In this document: positions 36,854 through 51,334 of the stretch, piece by piece
How positions within the stretch are numbered: the first letter of the stretch is position 1
Layout: each line of letters starts with the position of its first letter
Assembly (NCBI GenBank): GCA_964016885.1
Contig: OZ024743.1
Location: forward strand, 245,830,001-245,894,000
Direction: 5' to 3'
Origin: Eledone cirrhosa
Taxonomy: Eukaryota
DNA length: 64,000 nt
Program-made: the position numbers and the translations under genes
Notes under the pieces: generated by a model
Database searches by the model: none
Seen by the model: only the letters and a program-made list of their open reading frames with translations
Told to the model about the DNA's origin: nothing

Positions 36854-37289
36854 ACACTTTATTTTCACCAGGATATTATACGAGCAGATGGTTGTAAATT
36901 GTCAGTCTCCCTCCTCTACAGGAACGGTGAGGTTAGAAAGAAGAACCTATATTCCAACATACATTAGTGGTTATTGACCTCAAGCAAGCGAGAGATGAAA
37001 CCAGAGACATGAAACTCACTGGATAAGGAAAATCATGGAAGGTTAAAGAGTCATTGATAAATTTCAGGTCTATAGAATTACTAATTAATTCATATAACAA
37101 GAGGAAAGAGGAACTAGAGATTTATAGCACAGAGGACAATTAGGAGTTCTTCCTGGACAACCTGTAGCAACATGTGTTCAAGATCTGCCCAACCATGCAA
37201 CAACGACAAAATGGATGTCAAAATAGTAGTGGTGGTGGAGATGTATAATATATATATATACACACATTAGGTATTTTTCCCCGACTCTT

Positions 37290-37618
37290 CATAACCAGCA
37301 AATCTGGAGGTCACATGCAACACTTAAAACCATCTACGGAGATTTGATTCCAATGTCCCTCAGAATCAAGCAAAAAAGACTACAGTTTGCTGGTCACTGT
37401 CATCGAGCCGACAAAGAAATCATTTCATCTCTCCTTCTGTGGCATCCCTCTGGATGTGTCTATTCATGAAAAATGACTTTCCCAGATACCATGGCTCAGG
37501 ACTCAGGGTTGGACATAAGGGATCTGGGGACAGCAATGCAGGACCGAACAGTGTGGAAAGGGATTGTCAAGAGAGCTCCGACTGCCCACAGAGGAGTCAA
37601 AGGACGATGATGATGATA
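37290..37618 (+). mobile_element. 3' fragment of a distinct RTE/RTE-X-like LINE
   Basis: Reads RLQFAGHCHRADKEIISSLLLW...AMQDRTVWKGIV; ends in (gat)n. Confidence 0.6.
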
Positions 37619-38839
37619 TCTAACATTCACCCTATGTCCTATTCACTTCACCATACTGCTTGTGTAATAAAGGATGGTATTGGATCTATCTGTATTCAAT
37701 ATCCTTCTCCTCCTCCACCATCTTTCTTTATTACTCTACTTCTCTTCTATTATAATACATATGTACTGAGAGATGGCACTGGATTTGTCTATATTCAATA
37801 TCCCCAGTCACTCTTTATTTACAACCACACTCCCTCTTACTATTGCCCATTTTTATCGCTATCATTCACTCCTTAACTCTCTTTCTCTCCACTGTTTTCT
37901 ATCAAGCTTTGTTGAAATGCATCTATCTTCTTATTTCCATGACTCCCTTTCTCATCAATCTGTCTATCCCTATCACTTCCTCTACCCCTATCACACCACT
38001 CATATTTTTCTATTCAATCTTCTCACTAACAACCAGCATGGAGCTGTCTATCACTGCCTCTCTTCTTGCTCCTATTTATTTCTTCCAGCATACTCTCTCT
38101 TCGTTCTACCTCTCTCTCTAGTTGACACCACTGACACTGCTGACACCACCACCACCGCTACTGCCACTGCCACTATCACCACCATCGCTGTTGCTGCACC
38201 ACAACTTCCACCATCATCACCACCATCACCACACAGAAGGTTAAAAAATAAACGTTAACCTTATTGGGATTTGAACTGAGAACCTAAAGTGATGTAACTA
38301 AATGCTTTTTCTGCTATCTACTACCTTGTTACAACCAGACCAGATCAGAAAAAAAGAGGTCTGATAAGCCAGTTGGCAAGGGGATATAATTTTGAGGGGA
38401 CTTACTCCCCTCAAGTTTTACTTCCTTTATTCTGTTGTGATACTTTTATATATATTACATGTGCATACATGTAACCCATACAGAACTCATTAACTTTGCC
38501 TTTCATCCTTACGGGGCCGATAAAATAAAGTACCAGTAATGCACTGGGTAATTGCTGGCCTTGTGCCAAAAGTAGAAACAATTATTTATTACTGATTGAA
38601 ATGGTGCCTACCTGTCACCTGTGTCTATTATCAGCTTTACACAGACCTTTTAATAATATGGATTAGAATGAAAAGGACCACTCTCAGTTTTGACAATTAA
38701 TGTTCCAGTTGTTTAGTCAATGGTACAGTCTACTTGTGAAATTAACATGTAAGTGGCTGAGCATTCCGCAGGCATATGAACCCTTAACATAATTCACATG
38801 GAGCTGTCTATCACTACCTCTCTCGTTTCCACTAACATG

Positions 38840-41220
38840 GAAACAGAAGGCAACCTGGAGAAGAAAGATCTGGAAGCTGAAAGACCCCTCAGCCAGTAAC
38901 AGTAAAGAAGAACAAAGAACAGATAGAGACATTTAATGTAGAAGGGCACTGGAAATTCCTAAAACATAACTTACTAAAGGCAACGGATGATATTTGTGGT
39001 TGGAGCAAGACCACAGGGAGGAGGAGAGTGACTTGGTGGTGGAACAATAAGGTAGATGAGACAGTTAAGGCTAAGAAACAGGCATGGAAAGAATTGAAGA
39101 ATAGGGGTAGCAGGGTACATTACATAGAGACCAGGCGGGAAGCTAGGCGACAAGTATACTTAGCTAGAAGGGAAACAGAGGATAGAAAATTCAAGCATGT
39201 TTTGCAACGTGAGGACCAGAAACAGGAGGTGTTCAAGATTGCAAGGCAGTGTGTCAGAGAGAATTGTGATGTCATTGGAGAGAAGTGTATCCGGAATGAT
39301 AAAGATGAGCTTGCCCTCACAAGTGCTGAGAAGAAAGATGCATGGAAGATCCATTATGAAAGATTACTAAATAAGGAGAATGCATGGGAAAAAGAGACCC
39401 TACCCCAAGTAGACCCTATAGAGAGGCCAGCAGTACAAGTCAGCAGCAGCTTAGTAAGTAAGGCAATCAAAGATATGATGACAGGGAAGGCAACCAGTCC
39501 ATCAGGTATTGCTGCCGAGATGCTGAAGGCATCTGGGTCAGTAGGTCATATCATAACTACACGTATTGTTTTAAAGGATTGGTGCAGCAGCATCATTGTC
39601 AACTGCTACAAGTGTAAAGGTGATGCACTAGATAGAGGAAACTATAGAGGTATAAAGCTGATAGACCAGGTCATGAAAGTAACGGAAAGAATTATAACAC
39701 AGTTGATTAGGGACCGGGTAAAACCGGATGAGATCCAATTTGGGTTTGTGCCAGGAAAGGGCACCACTGATGCCCTCTTCCTTGTGAGGCAGTTACAGGA
39801 AAACTACCTACCAAAGTTAGGATTAGCAATGACTATAGCGAGGAATTTAGCATATAGGTCGGTGTCCACCAGGGCTCTGTTCTTAGCCTCCTCCTGTTCA
39901 TCATAGTTTTGCAGGCAATAACGGAGGAGTTTAAGACCGGTTGCCCATGGCAACACCTGTATCTGGATGACCTCGCACTTATAGCTGAATCTATGGTAGA
40001 ACTAGAGAAGAAATTCCAAACATGGAAGCAGGGACTAGAACGAAAGGGTCTCAAAGTCAACCTGACAAAGACTAAGGTCCATGTAAGTAGACGAGAAAAT
40101 AGAACCCAGATCCCCTCAGGGAAATGGCCTTGCTCAGTATGTAGGAAAGGTGTAGGTAGGAATTCCATCCTCTGCCCCAAATGCAAACAATGGGTACACA
40201 AGAGATGTAGTGGGATCTCAGGAAGCTCAACTAAGAACGTAGGCTTCATATGTAGCAGCTGCACTGAGACAGCAAGCAGCAAACAGCCACAGGAAACAAG
40301 CACTACCAAACTCTGGGAAGGCTCTGTAGAAACAGTAGACAGCTTCTGCTACCTAGGTGACCGAATTAGCAGCGAAGGTAAGTGTTCGGAAAGTACAATA
40401 ACTAGGCTAAGAACGGGATTGAAGAAGTTCAGGGAGCTACTGCTACTGCTAGCTGCAAAAGGCTTTTCCCTCAAAATGAAAGGCAGACTGTATGATGCGT
40501 GTATACAAACAGCAATGTTACATGATAGTGAGACTTGGGCGCTGTCTGTAGAAGACTTGCGTAGATTAGAAAGAAATGAAGCCTGTATGCCCCGATGGAT
40601 GTGTAATACGTGAACAGCAAAGCATAAACAAATTGAGAGAGAGACTGAGCATAAGAGGAATCAAATGCTGCGTGCAGGAGAGGAGGTTGCGTTGGTATGG
40701 ACATGTGATGCGTATGAACGATGACAGCTGCATAAAAAGGTGCAAAGCACTAGAAGTCGATGGAAGCCGCGGAGTGGGGAAACCCAAGAAGACCTGGGAT
40801 GAAGTGATAAAAGCCAGCCTTACCCAATTGCACCTCTCAAAGGTGATGACACATGACCGTGACCTCTGGTGCCACACAGTAATACAGAAGACCCAACTTC
40901 CCACGGATACAAGCCGAATCTGAAGCATATAGACAATATTCCCCCATCACCTCCCACTGCAAAGTGGTCGTGGAGGTGCCACGGCAAAAAAGCACCCGCC
41001 CACACTGTAAAGTGGATGTGTAGGCACCACGGAAAAAAAACACCCAGCACTCACTGTAAATGAGGTTGGTGTTAGGAAGGGATTCCAGCTGTAGAAATCA
41101 AGCCAGAATCAGTTCCCATATGAGCAAGACAACGTCAGCCGACCGGACACTGCCCACAACAAGACAACCTGTCTAACCCATGCTAGCGTGGAAGAACGGA
41201 CATAAAACGGTGATGATGAT
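38840..41220 (+). mobile_element. RTE LINE family 1, second copy (5'-truncated, internal deletions)
   Basis: ORFs 39028-39906, 39909-40613 and 40576-40923 closely match 4863-6751; same composite 3'UTR and tail. Confidence 0.95.
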
Positions 41221-41792
41221 TCAGCATAACACAGTGTGTGACACGACTGGCCTTTTGAATTACATGTACAGTTCAATGCAACAGGCTGCCAAAAAGTTTC
41301 TGTCTACAAGAGGCTATAGTAAATGACACTTGCCCCAGATACCATGCAGTTGGATCAAATCAGAGACCTTATGATTGTAATACAAACTTCTTGACTATTC
41401 AGCCAAATTATAAAAGAATAATGTACATTCTGCATAAGTCAAATAAATGCCAATATACCTAAATATACGGGTGATCATGAATTAACAGTTCACAAAAAAT
41501 TGCTGCTTCCTATTTGTAGTAATACAATTATTGAAGTTTGAAAACATTGCTTTGGCGAAAAATTACTAGATGACAATTCCAAACAAGGAAGGAATGTGAC
41601 TCAAATTTCTGAGAACCAATATTTTATAGGTATGTTTCACTGACCCATTTTCTGTTTGCCTTTATCCAGAGTATGTCAGCTGTGGCCTTATCTTTTTTCT
41701 TTATTCACACAGTGCATTTAAGACTAATTTTTAACTGAAAGTACAATGTGATGAGATAGAAGTGTATTAACATCCAAAACATTAAATTTCTT

Positions 41793-42316
41793 TAGAAATT
41801 TCGTATTTCTAAAGATATACGGTTTTAGGAAGCCGTAGCTATGTAAACACCGGGGGGGGGGGGGCGCTAACACCCTCTGGTGGTATCCAGTAGAAGCAAG
41901 GGGACAACCGTCTATTCATTTCAGGCTTGACAGGCTATCGTCAGGACGATCCCTTCCCCCTCTTGCGACTGCTGAACTTGAAAACAGCCGAGAATATATA
42001 CTTTTCTCGTCGGTGTAAATGAGGTGATTAATCTCATTTGCATATGAAGCTGCATAAGTTGGCTCAACTTATAATAGAAAATAAATAAGATTTCGCTTCA
42101 TGCATAGCTTTATACAATATGTATAGAATTTTCGTATTTCTAAAGAAATACGGTTTTAGGAAGCCGTAGCTATGTAAACACCTTGCTTCTGCTGGATACC
42201 ACCAGAGGGTGTAGCCCCCCCCCCACTCCCCCGGTGTTTACATAGCTACGGCTGCATAAGTTGAGCCAACTTATGCAGCTTCATATGCAAATGAGATTAA
42301 TCGCCTCATTTACACA
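41793..42316. repeat. Mosaic of direct and inverted duplicated blocks
   Basis: Block A 41793-41851 is repeated at 42124-42182; 41829-41901 is inverted at 42181-42253; 42013-42071 is inverted at ~42255-42315. Confidence 0.8.
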
Positions 42317-43724
42317 AGCCTTTAGATACTCTCACTATCACACCCTAGTAGCTACTCTCTCTACTCCCTGTGCAGCCCTGCACTCTATCGGCCATACCAT
42401 CCACACCTCCGGCACCACTACATCTCCTATCACCATACACTATCAACCACCCGTTCCCTTACTCATTACCCTGCCAAATCAACATAAACACCTATAACTT
42501 CAGATCTATCTTCCTCCCCTGTGCCTCCCCTGCCCAAAACAGAGAGGGTTCTTCAGTTGGGAATATGACCAACAACCACTCTGCTTACATTACCTCGAAA
42601 ATGCACCCGGTACACTCTGTAAGGTGATTAACAACAAGAAGGGCACCCTGCTGTGGAAACCACGCCTAAAAAGTTTAGAGGACCTTTCACTTGTGTAAAT
42701 GACCCAAAAGATCTCCCTAGTGTTGGTGATCTACACAATAAAAACACCCAGGACACACTGCAAAGTGGTTGGTGTTAGGAAGAGTATCCAGTCATAAAAA
42801 GTTTGACAAACAAAAGGTTATGAGGACCCTCTAGTTGTGTCAAAGACATGACAACCTCTCTGGTGTTGATGTATTGATAAAATGCACTTGGGAGAATGCA
42901 GAACTGTAAGTGAGATACAAACTCCCAGTCTGTCTTCAGTACAGACTCAATCTGTGAAGACCCGCCCAACTACTGCTAGCAGGGAACGTGTGTGTGTGTG
43001 TATGTATGTGTCCAGTTTAGAATAGGTGCACCATATCCCTGCAGGTTGTAAGAAGCAACTAACAAGGTTAGTCCCAGGAAGGGCATCTGGCTATAAACAT
43101 TGCCTCAAAATGTTCAACTCATGCCAGCAAGGAAAAGTCGATGCAAAAAACGATGATAATATAGAAGAAATTTCAAACCTGGAAACATGGCCTAGAATCA
43201 AAAGGTCTTAAAGTCATCTCGGTAAAGACTACAAATGGGTTTTCTCTCAAAATGAAAGTTAGATTGTATGAAACTTGTGTATGAACAGCAATGCTACATA
43301 GCAATGTAGGTTAGATTCGTTCAAAACACTAAAAAACCTAAGAAATAAACTTTTCACCTCCAACGTGTGGTTGTAATGAAATCTCCACGGGTGAGAAACT
43401 CTGAGGCTCGCCACACCCTAACCCTTATATATCTCAAAACAAAAAAATAAATAAAAAATCATTTCCGACGGGTTTGGAGAACAGGTTCGTTGAAAGCACA
43501 CGGAAAAATAAAATTCTACCCGATCTCAAGACGGGTGTACTTGTAAAAAAATTACAATCTATGTGTGTGTGTGTGTATGTGTATGTGTGTTTGCGCGCGC
43601 GCGTATGTGTGTGCGTGCGTGTGTTAGCTGCGAAAGCAGGTGTTAATGTTAAACGTTTTATAAACACATATTGCGTGATCAGGGGCAATCCACGTACTTG
43701 AAATAGCAACAAAGTGTAATCTCA

Positions 43725-43755
<31 letters not shown>

Positions 43756-43841
43756 GTAGGAGGTGAGTTTTATTGTAGTACAATAAAGTAATGCCGATAT
43801 CGGATAAGAAGCACTCTACAATTTGTAGGACTGGAGTATAC

Positions 43842-44176
43842 ATAATATATAAGAACAAAAGATGGTTAAAAGAGTTCCATGTATTTTATTATGCGCATTT
43901 CAAAAACAAATATCATCATGCAATAATATTTGTGTTTTCATCAGATAAAACAGGAAGACATGATATGAAGGTTAAAAAACACTTGTGGATAGTGCAGTTT
44001 TAAATCAACATATGATATGTTGATTTAAAACTGCACTATCCACAAGTGTTTTTTAACCTTCATATCATGTCTTCCTGTTTTATCTGATGAAAACACAAAT
44101 ATTATTGCATGATGATATTTGTTTTTGAAATGCGCATAATAAAATACATGGAACTCTTTTAACCATCTTTTGTTCT

Positions 44177-44186
<10 letters not shown>
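43842..44186. repeat. Perfect palindrome, 172-bp arms, 1-nt centre at 44014
   Basis: ...aaatcaacatat G atatgttgattt...; arms identical by eye; (TA)n tracts nearby on both sides. Confidence 0.95.
44077..44146 (+). ncRNA. Minimal type-I hammerhead ribozyme motif (mirror copy at 43882-43951, minus strand)
   Basis: ttttat-CTGATGA-aaacacaaatatt...gatatttgttttt-GAAA-TGCGCA-TA-ataaaa. Confidence 0.8.
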
Positions 44187-44225
<39 letters not shown>

Positions 44226-44344
44226 AAAAGAGTCAGGGCCCCGATGGCTGAGCTGACGGAGTCCTGACTACCCACTCTACTACCCTAAGTATCGAGTACT
44301 CTAGTGCGTTATGGTCCACCTGGTATCTTACCACACCTTCTTTG

Positions 44345-44386
<42 letters not shown>

Positions 44387-44469
44387 CTGATGGTAGCTAA
44401 GATGCTTCCATGGGCGGCATGCCGGTTGAGCACTCTATGCTCTTACAGAGCAGAGTATGATAGAATATA

Positions 44470-44923
<454 letters not shown>

Positions 44924-44924
44924 A

Positions 44925-46803
44925 CCGCTCAGCACAAGTTAGTTATTAGTGACATCAAAATAAACAGGAGAAAGAAGACAGCAGGAAAATATGGAGACGG
45001 AGGTTTCTGGAAGCTAAAGAACTTCTCGATTAAATATAAGTTAACAAAGGCCCTACGGGATATATTTGATGAGAGAAGTGTCGAGCTAGATACCTATGAC
45101 GTAGACGACAACTAGAAATTCTTATATGACAACCTTTTGCAAACTACTGACGAGACATGTTGCTGGAGTGGAGCATCAGCCGGTGGAACAGCACAGTAGA
45201 TAGAACAATTGAAACCAAGAGACAGACCTGGAAAGACTGGGAAAATGGGGGTAGCAAAGACCGGTACCAGGTGGCTAAGAAGGAAGCTAGGCGACAAGTA
45301 TTCACAGCTAGGGGAGAAGCTAGAGGAAAACAGTTTGCCAACGTCCTGAGACGCAAGGATCAGAGACACGAAGTGTTCCGCATTGCAAACTAGTGTCACA
45401 GAAACGCCACCGATGTATTTAGCACCACTGATGCTCAAAAGAAGAGGCCTGGAAATGTTACTATGGGAGGCTGGTGAATGTAGAGAATGAATGGGAGGAA
45501 GAGAAACTACCTCCAGCCCACCCAGCAGAAGGGTTGAAGTTGACAGTTATAGGGCTAAAGAAGCAATCAAAGAGATGGAAAAGGGTAAATCTGTAGGACC
45601 ATCAGAGATAACTGCTGAGATGCTAAAAGCATCAGAAGTCGGAGTCAAACTAGTAACCTGCATAGTCAATCAGGTAATACAGGACGGTGTCATACCCAAT
45701 GATAAGCGCAGCACTGCCATCGTAAATTGATACAAGGTCAAAGGCGATGCCCTAGAGAGGAGAAACTACAGAGTAATAAACTAAAGGACCAAGTTATGAA
45801 AGTGATGGAAAGAAATATAGCGCAAAAAACTTCTCTATGCAGATGATCTGGTCCTTATAGCAGAATCCATTAAAGACCTAGAAAATAAGTTCCGACTATG
45901 GAAACAGAATTTAGAATCAAAAGGCCTAGGACTAAACTTAGCCAAAACTAAATTGTTAGTGAGTAAGAGAGAATATAGGATCCTGATTCCTTCAGGGAAG
46001 TCGCCCGGCTCAATATGTAGAAAGGGAGTAGGCATAAACTCCATACGATGTACACAATGTAAATATTGGGTACACGAGAGATGTAGTGCGATAACGAGTA
46101 AGCTAACAGGAAGGGATGACTTTGTAGAGAACGCACAGGGATAACCAAGGAGAAGATAACCAGTGATGTAAGCCTATTCCAGTTACAGAAAGGACCTATA
46201 GAAGTGGTTAATAGCTTCTACCACCTAGGATGTGTAATTAGGAATGGAGGAGAGTGCTCTGAGAGCATAATCGCTAGAATAAGGATAGGATGGGGAAAAT
46301 TCAGAGAGCTACCACCACTATTGACCACAAAAGGTTTCCCCCCTACGTACAAAAGGACAATTATATGATGCATGTGTGTGACATGCGATACTGCATGGTA
46401 TGAAACTGGTGCTGTGACTGTGCAGGGCATGCGTAGACTAGAGAGAAATGAAGCAATCGTGATCCGTTAGATGTGCAATGTAAGAGTGAAAGAGAGGCAG
46501 AGCTCGGACGAATTGAAAGAAAAGCTGGTTTTAAGGTAGTGTGCAGAAGAGAAAACTGCATTGGTTTGGTCATGTGATGCGCATGGACAACGATTATTGG
46601 GTGAATAAATGCGAGTAGAAGGAAGTCGCGATTGAGGTAGACAAAGACCTGAGCAGAGGTTATGAGAGCTGAGCTCAAATCACTCAGTCTCACAGAGGCG
46701 ATGACAAAGAAACGCGGTGAGTGGAGAGATGATGTGTTGAGAAGGACCCGTCCAACCCATGCAAGCGTGGAAAGGCGGACGTAAAAACGACGGTGATGAT
46801 GGT
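44925..46803 (+). mobile_element. Degenerate RTE LINE with internal deletions
   Basis: LLYADDL at ~45830, GKSPGSIC...CTQCKYWVH, tail acccgtccaacccatgcaagcgtggaaaggcggacgtaaaa...gatg. Confidence 0.9.
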
Positions 46804-48461
46804 GATATACACACGCGCGCGCGTACTCATATATATCGAATGTAAGGCAAGGCATACATCTAGTTGCTGTTGTTTAACCCCAGGTTAATTTTGATTAAAT
46901 TATCGAATCTGTAGGTAGGGTTTGATCTGAACGAGATGTGGCTCTTATTTCCAACAGGTTCTAGTGGCAACGCCGTTAACTCTTTCAGAAAAGATTTGTT
47001 GGTGCTATGCCCCAAGCCACACCTTGATCTCCGAGACCTGTGGTTAAAGACGTTCTAGTCGTGACCATCTTGTCTTTTCCCAAATCAGCCCACCTAAATT
47101 TCATTACCCAATACGGTGGGATGCGATTCTAATGCGATTTGGCTATTATTCTAGCAAATCTAGCAACCACATAGCCGATATCAGCTGAGTGGAATAACCA
47201 AACCAGATGACAACTTGCTCAAATTTAGCCTCCTCGTCTCCACCACTGATTCCCATTTTAGACAGCATAAATAAAGAGAAGGCTGGGGAAAGTAAACAGT
47301 CAAAAGAAAGAGAGAGATTGGGGGAGTAAATAGGTGAAAGGAAAGAGGGAGGAAATAGGTGAAAGGAAAGAGGGGAGGAAATAGGCTATAGAAACAGAGA
47401 GAGGAGAAGGAAATTGGGGAAAGAAAGTAGGTAAAATGAGAGAGAGAGAGAAGGGTAATAAACAAAGTAAAAATGTCATCGCTGACAACGAACCCAGTTG
47501 GTAAACACGGTTTTGTGTATCTACCCATAATCACCACAATAACAAGATATAATCGAAATAATCAGAATTACCGGTTATTGATTAGTTATCAATAATAAAA
47601 GAACAAAAGAACACAAGTTCAATTGCATTTATACGGGGTTGGAGGAGGGGGCGGTCTACATACTGTTGCATGCATATGTGTATATATATATATGTGTGTT
47701 TTGTTTGTGTATATTGTACGTAAGTGTACACACGTAATATTACCAATGTACATAAATATGTAAACACCTCACACACACACACACATATATATATATATAA
47801 TCATCATCATCAGCCAACAATTACTGTCTCTGCTAGCAAGGGTTCTGTACTCGTATGTATACGGACACACACACGAACCACGGGGGGAGTCTCTGCGCGG
47901 TCACTCGACTTGCTAGAAATAACACTCATATTTCCATACGATCTTAAATAAAAATAAAAAAAAATAAAAAAAAATAAGGAAAATGCATATTAAGTATGGC
48001 AGTCCTACATCTCACTAAAAAGAAAAAGTCGAGGCGGTCATGGTTGGAATGCTTTTGATCAGTGATCTACTCGACCAGGGCTAACGTAGGACTAACTAAC
48101 CACAATACATACACACATTACATTTATATACACAAACATATATATATATATATGTGTGTGCGTGTGTGTAAAGAGAGAGGGAGAGAATCTAGAACTAATT
48201 CTTGTTAGTAGCATTAGTTTTAATCTAAAGGATACTAATTTTCATCTTTCAGTAACAATCATGGTAATATGTATGACACACACACACACATGTGTGTGTG
48301 TGTGTGTGTGTGCGTGTGCGTGTGCGTGTGCGTGAGACAATGATAAAGTGTAAGAGAGAGAGTAGAATAATAAAACAACGATGAGTTGTGTCTTTCTTAC
48401 TTACCAATAGAATAATACGAATTGTTTATTTATGTACGTTTGTATTTATGTAGGCATTTAA

Positions 48462-48526
<65 letters not shown>

Positions 48527-49398
48527 TGTGTGTATGGATGATTCAGTCTTAATCCCTGCTGAAGGTTTCTTTCTGGAAATTCTGAAGCAAACAGAAGGCG
48601 TTCGAATGTGGAACGAAGACAGTTTGGAGAGGCGCTACACAGGCAAAACACGAAGTGTGCAAGGAATGACAGTTTTGGTAATAGCAATGAGCTACAAATA
48701 TTGGTCTAAACTGGACAGAGACATCTTCACGGTAACAAGAAGCCCATCACGATTCAAATATGTGTATCCTAAAACATACATACGATTTAGAGGTCGAAAA
48801 TGACTACAGACTGTCAAAATATTGCCACGGTTAATCCAAGTGAGGTAAAAGGAGAAACATAAGTGTATGGACGTATAGCATCACTACAATACAACCGGCA
48901 CGATACAGTTCAGCGTCGTGTAAGAGTCGCTGTAACGGGTGAATAGCTTGGTCTTTGTCTTTTCACATATATATATATATGTGTGTATGTGTGTGCTTAT
49001 TTGTGTCCATCAGGTCTATGTGTGTATGCATTTGTCTGCGTGTATGCCGATGTATGTATTTATTTATTTGTGTATATTTTGATCTATGAGTGTGTATGTG
49101 TGAGTGAATATGTGTGTGTTTGCGTGTATCTAGGTCTGTACGTGTGTCAATCCAAATATGTATGTGGATGTGTGTTTTACAATGAGTATTGAATATTCAA
49201 CAATCACAATAATAGGTTGTTGTTTCTGGGCTATTCAAGAATCGATAACATGTTCCAAGGTATAATATGCGGTATAATATTAGTATTATCATCGTGTCGT
49301 GTTCATATAGACACACATATTTATATATATATAATAGTAATAATTATATATATATATAAAATAAAAATAATAATTATATATATTATATATAATAGTAA

Positions 49399-49437
<39 letters not shown>

Positions 49438-49445
49438 ATAATAAT

Positions 49446-49518
<73 letters not shown>

Positions 49519-49620
49519 TGTAATAAACAACATAAGATAATTATTTCATTAACCTTTCCGACGGAATTACTTCATTTATATATATATATATAAAATAATA
49601 ATTATATATATATATACATA

Positions 49621-49676
<56 letters not shown>

Positions 49677-49680
<4 letters not shown>

Positions 49681-50020
49681 AAAAAGTATGACGCCGACGG
49701 CAGAGCTCAAGCCGTTTCGACGGCTATTTCTGGACTAGTCTTTTCGCAAAAAGGTCGATTTTTTGCGTGAGCATCCGAAGGTAAAGTTTTCTCGGTGGAA
49801 TTGGGATGTTCTTGGTGGAGAAGTTGATGTTGTGTTTTCGCATCGTGCGGGTGAAGAAACTTGAGCTGGGTGGAAAAGTCGGGATATGGCGTGGTAGAGT
49901 CGAAAAGTGCTCTACTACAGAGATAGGAACTAAATAACAAAGGAATTGTGGTAAGGAACCAGATGGACCATAACGCACCAGAGTACTCAATACTTAGGGT
50001 TCCTTAAAACAATTCCTTTG

Positions 50021-50025
<5 letters not shown>
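49677..50025 (-). mobile_element. Penelope-like element 5' fragment inserted in (TA)n
   Basis: HNINFSTKNIPIPPRKLYLRMLTQKIDLFAKR resembles the N-terminal 'YSxKNIPIPS..Y...L..K' motif of PLE ORFs; terminal pieces recur at 44222-44347, 50140-50196 and 51333-51372. Confidence 0.65.
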
Positions 50026-50089
<64 letters not shown>

Positions 50090-50192
50090 TATATATACGC
50101 ATATATATAATGGTAATTATATATATATATAATTGTTTCTAAGATAGCTGTCGAAGCGGCTTGAGCTCTGTCGTCAAGGTTCTGACTCTTTT

Positions 50193-50286
<94 letters not shown>

Positions 50287-50657
50287 ATGTTGAAAATAAA
50301 TTACTTGTATATCAACCGGTGTTTTAAAATATTCATATATAATGTCAAGCTTGACAAAGCCAACAGTGAACGTTCATACATTAAAAGAAAAAAAAAAAGA
50401 AAAAACGTATACTGAAAGTTGTCAAAAACTTTACAACAAATAAATTACAAACAATATAAGTATGTACACGTACATACATATATGTATACAGACGTACAAT
50501 AGTATGTATATATACATACATGCATACATATATACATGCACGTATGGATTCACCGAACATGTATTATAATGCTCGGTGTGTTTGTAAACAAACATCCCGT
50601 ATTAAGCCGTAGTGTCTAGTAACCATCGTTGCTCGTTTGTTCAACACTGACAAAGGA

Positions 50658-50700
50658 ACGCTGTACTAGTTTCAAGCTTATTAGCTATCGTCAGCAACGT
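50658..50700 (-). ncRNA. Minimal type-I hammerhead ribozyme motif (43 nt)
   Basis: acgttg-CTGACGA-t-agct-aata-agct-t-GAAA-CTAG-TA-cagcgt on the minus strand. Confidence 0.78.
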
Positions 50701-50843
50701 ATACCTTCCTGCCAGATTGTTGAACGTATATACTTACCTTATGCATATTAACGGCTGAGTAGCCCAATTTGCATATCGAGTGGGTTAATCGGCCGGGTCC
50801 AAAGCTCCGATCGAGGATAGAAGAACACTATTATATATATAAG

Positions 50844-50918
<75 letters not shown>

Positions 50919-50992
50919 CCACTATCCAGTGAATTTCCAACCGATAAGGTATGATTTTCATGGGTATGTCTCTATTTATAAAACAAACTTTG

Positions 50993-51057
50993 TATTTTAT
51001 CTGATGAAAGCGTACCAATGTTGTCTTGGTTGCCCTTGAAATATATATAATAAAATA
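50993..51057 (+). ncRNA. Minimal hammerhead motif, same family as 17487-17550
   Basis: tattttat-CTGATGA-aagcgtaccaa...ttggttgccctt-GAAA-TATATA-TA-ataaaata. Confidence 0.7.
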
Positions 51058-51082
51058 AATATAGTTTCCATTTATTTAATAT

Positions 51083-51172
<90 letters not shown>

Positions 51173-51282
51173 GATTTTACATAATGAAAGCTATACTCAT
51201 TTTCAATAGAGAAGACATCTCTCACCCACCACAAAGTGTGTGGGAGATCTTCCCGTTGCACTGGGGAGAGTTGACAGGTCTG

Positions 51283-51334
<52 letters not shown>

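Noticed and set aside
36537-36977. ORFs spanning X residues
   Set aside because: Artefacts of the assembly gap.
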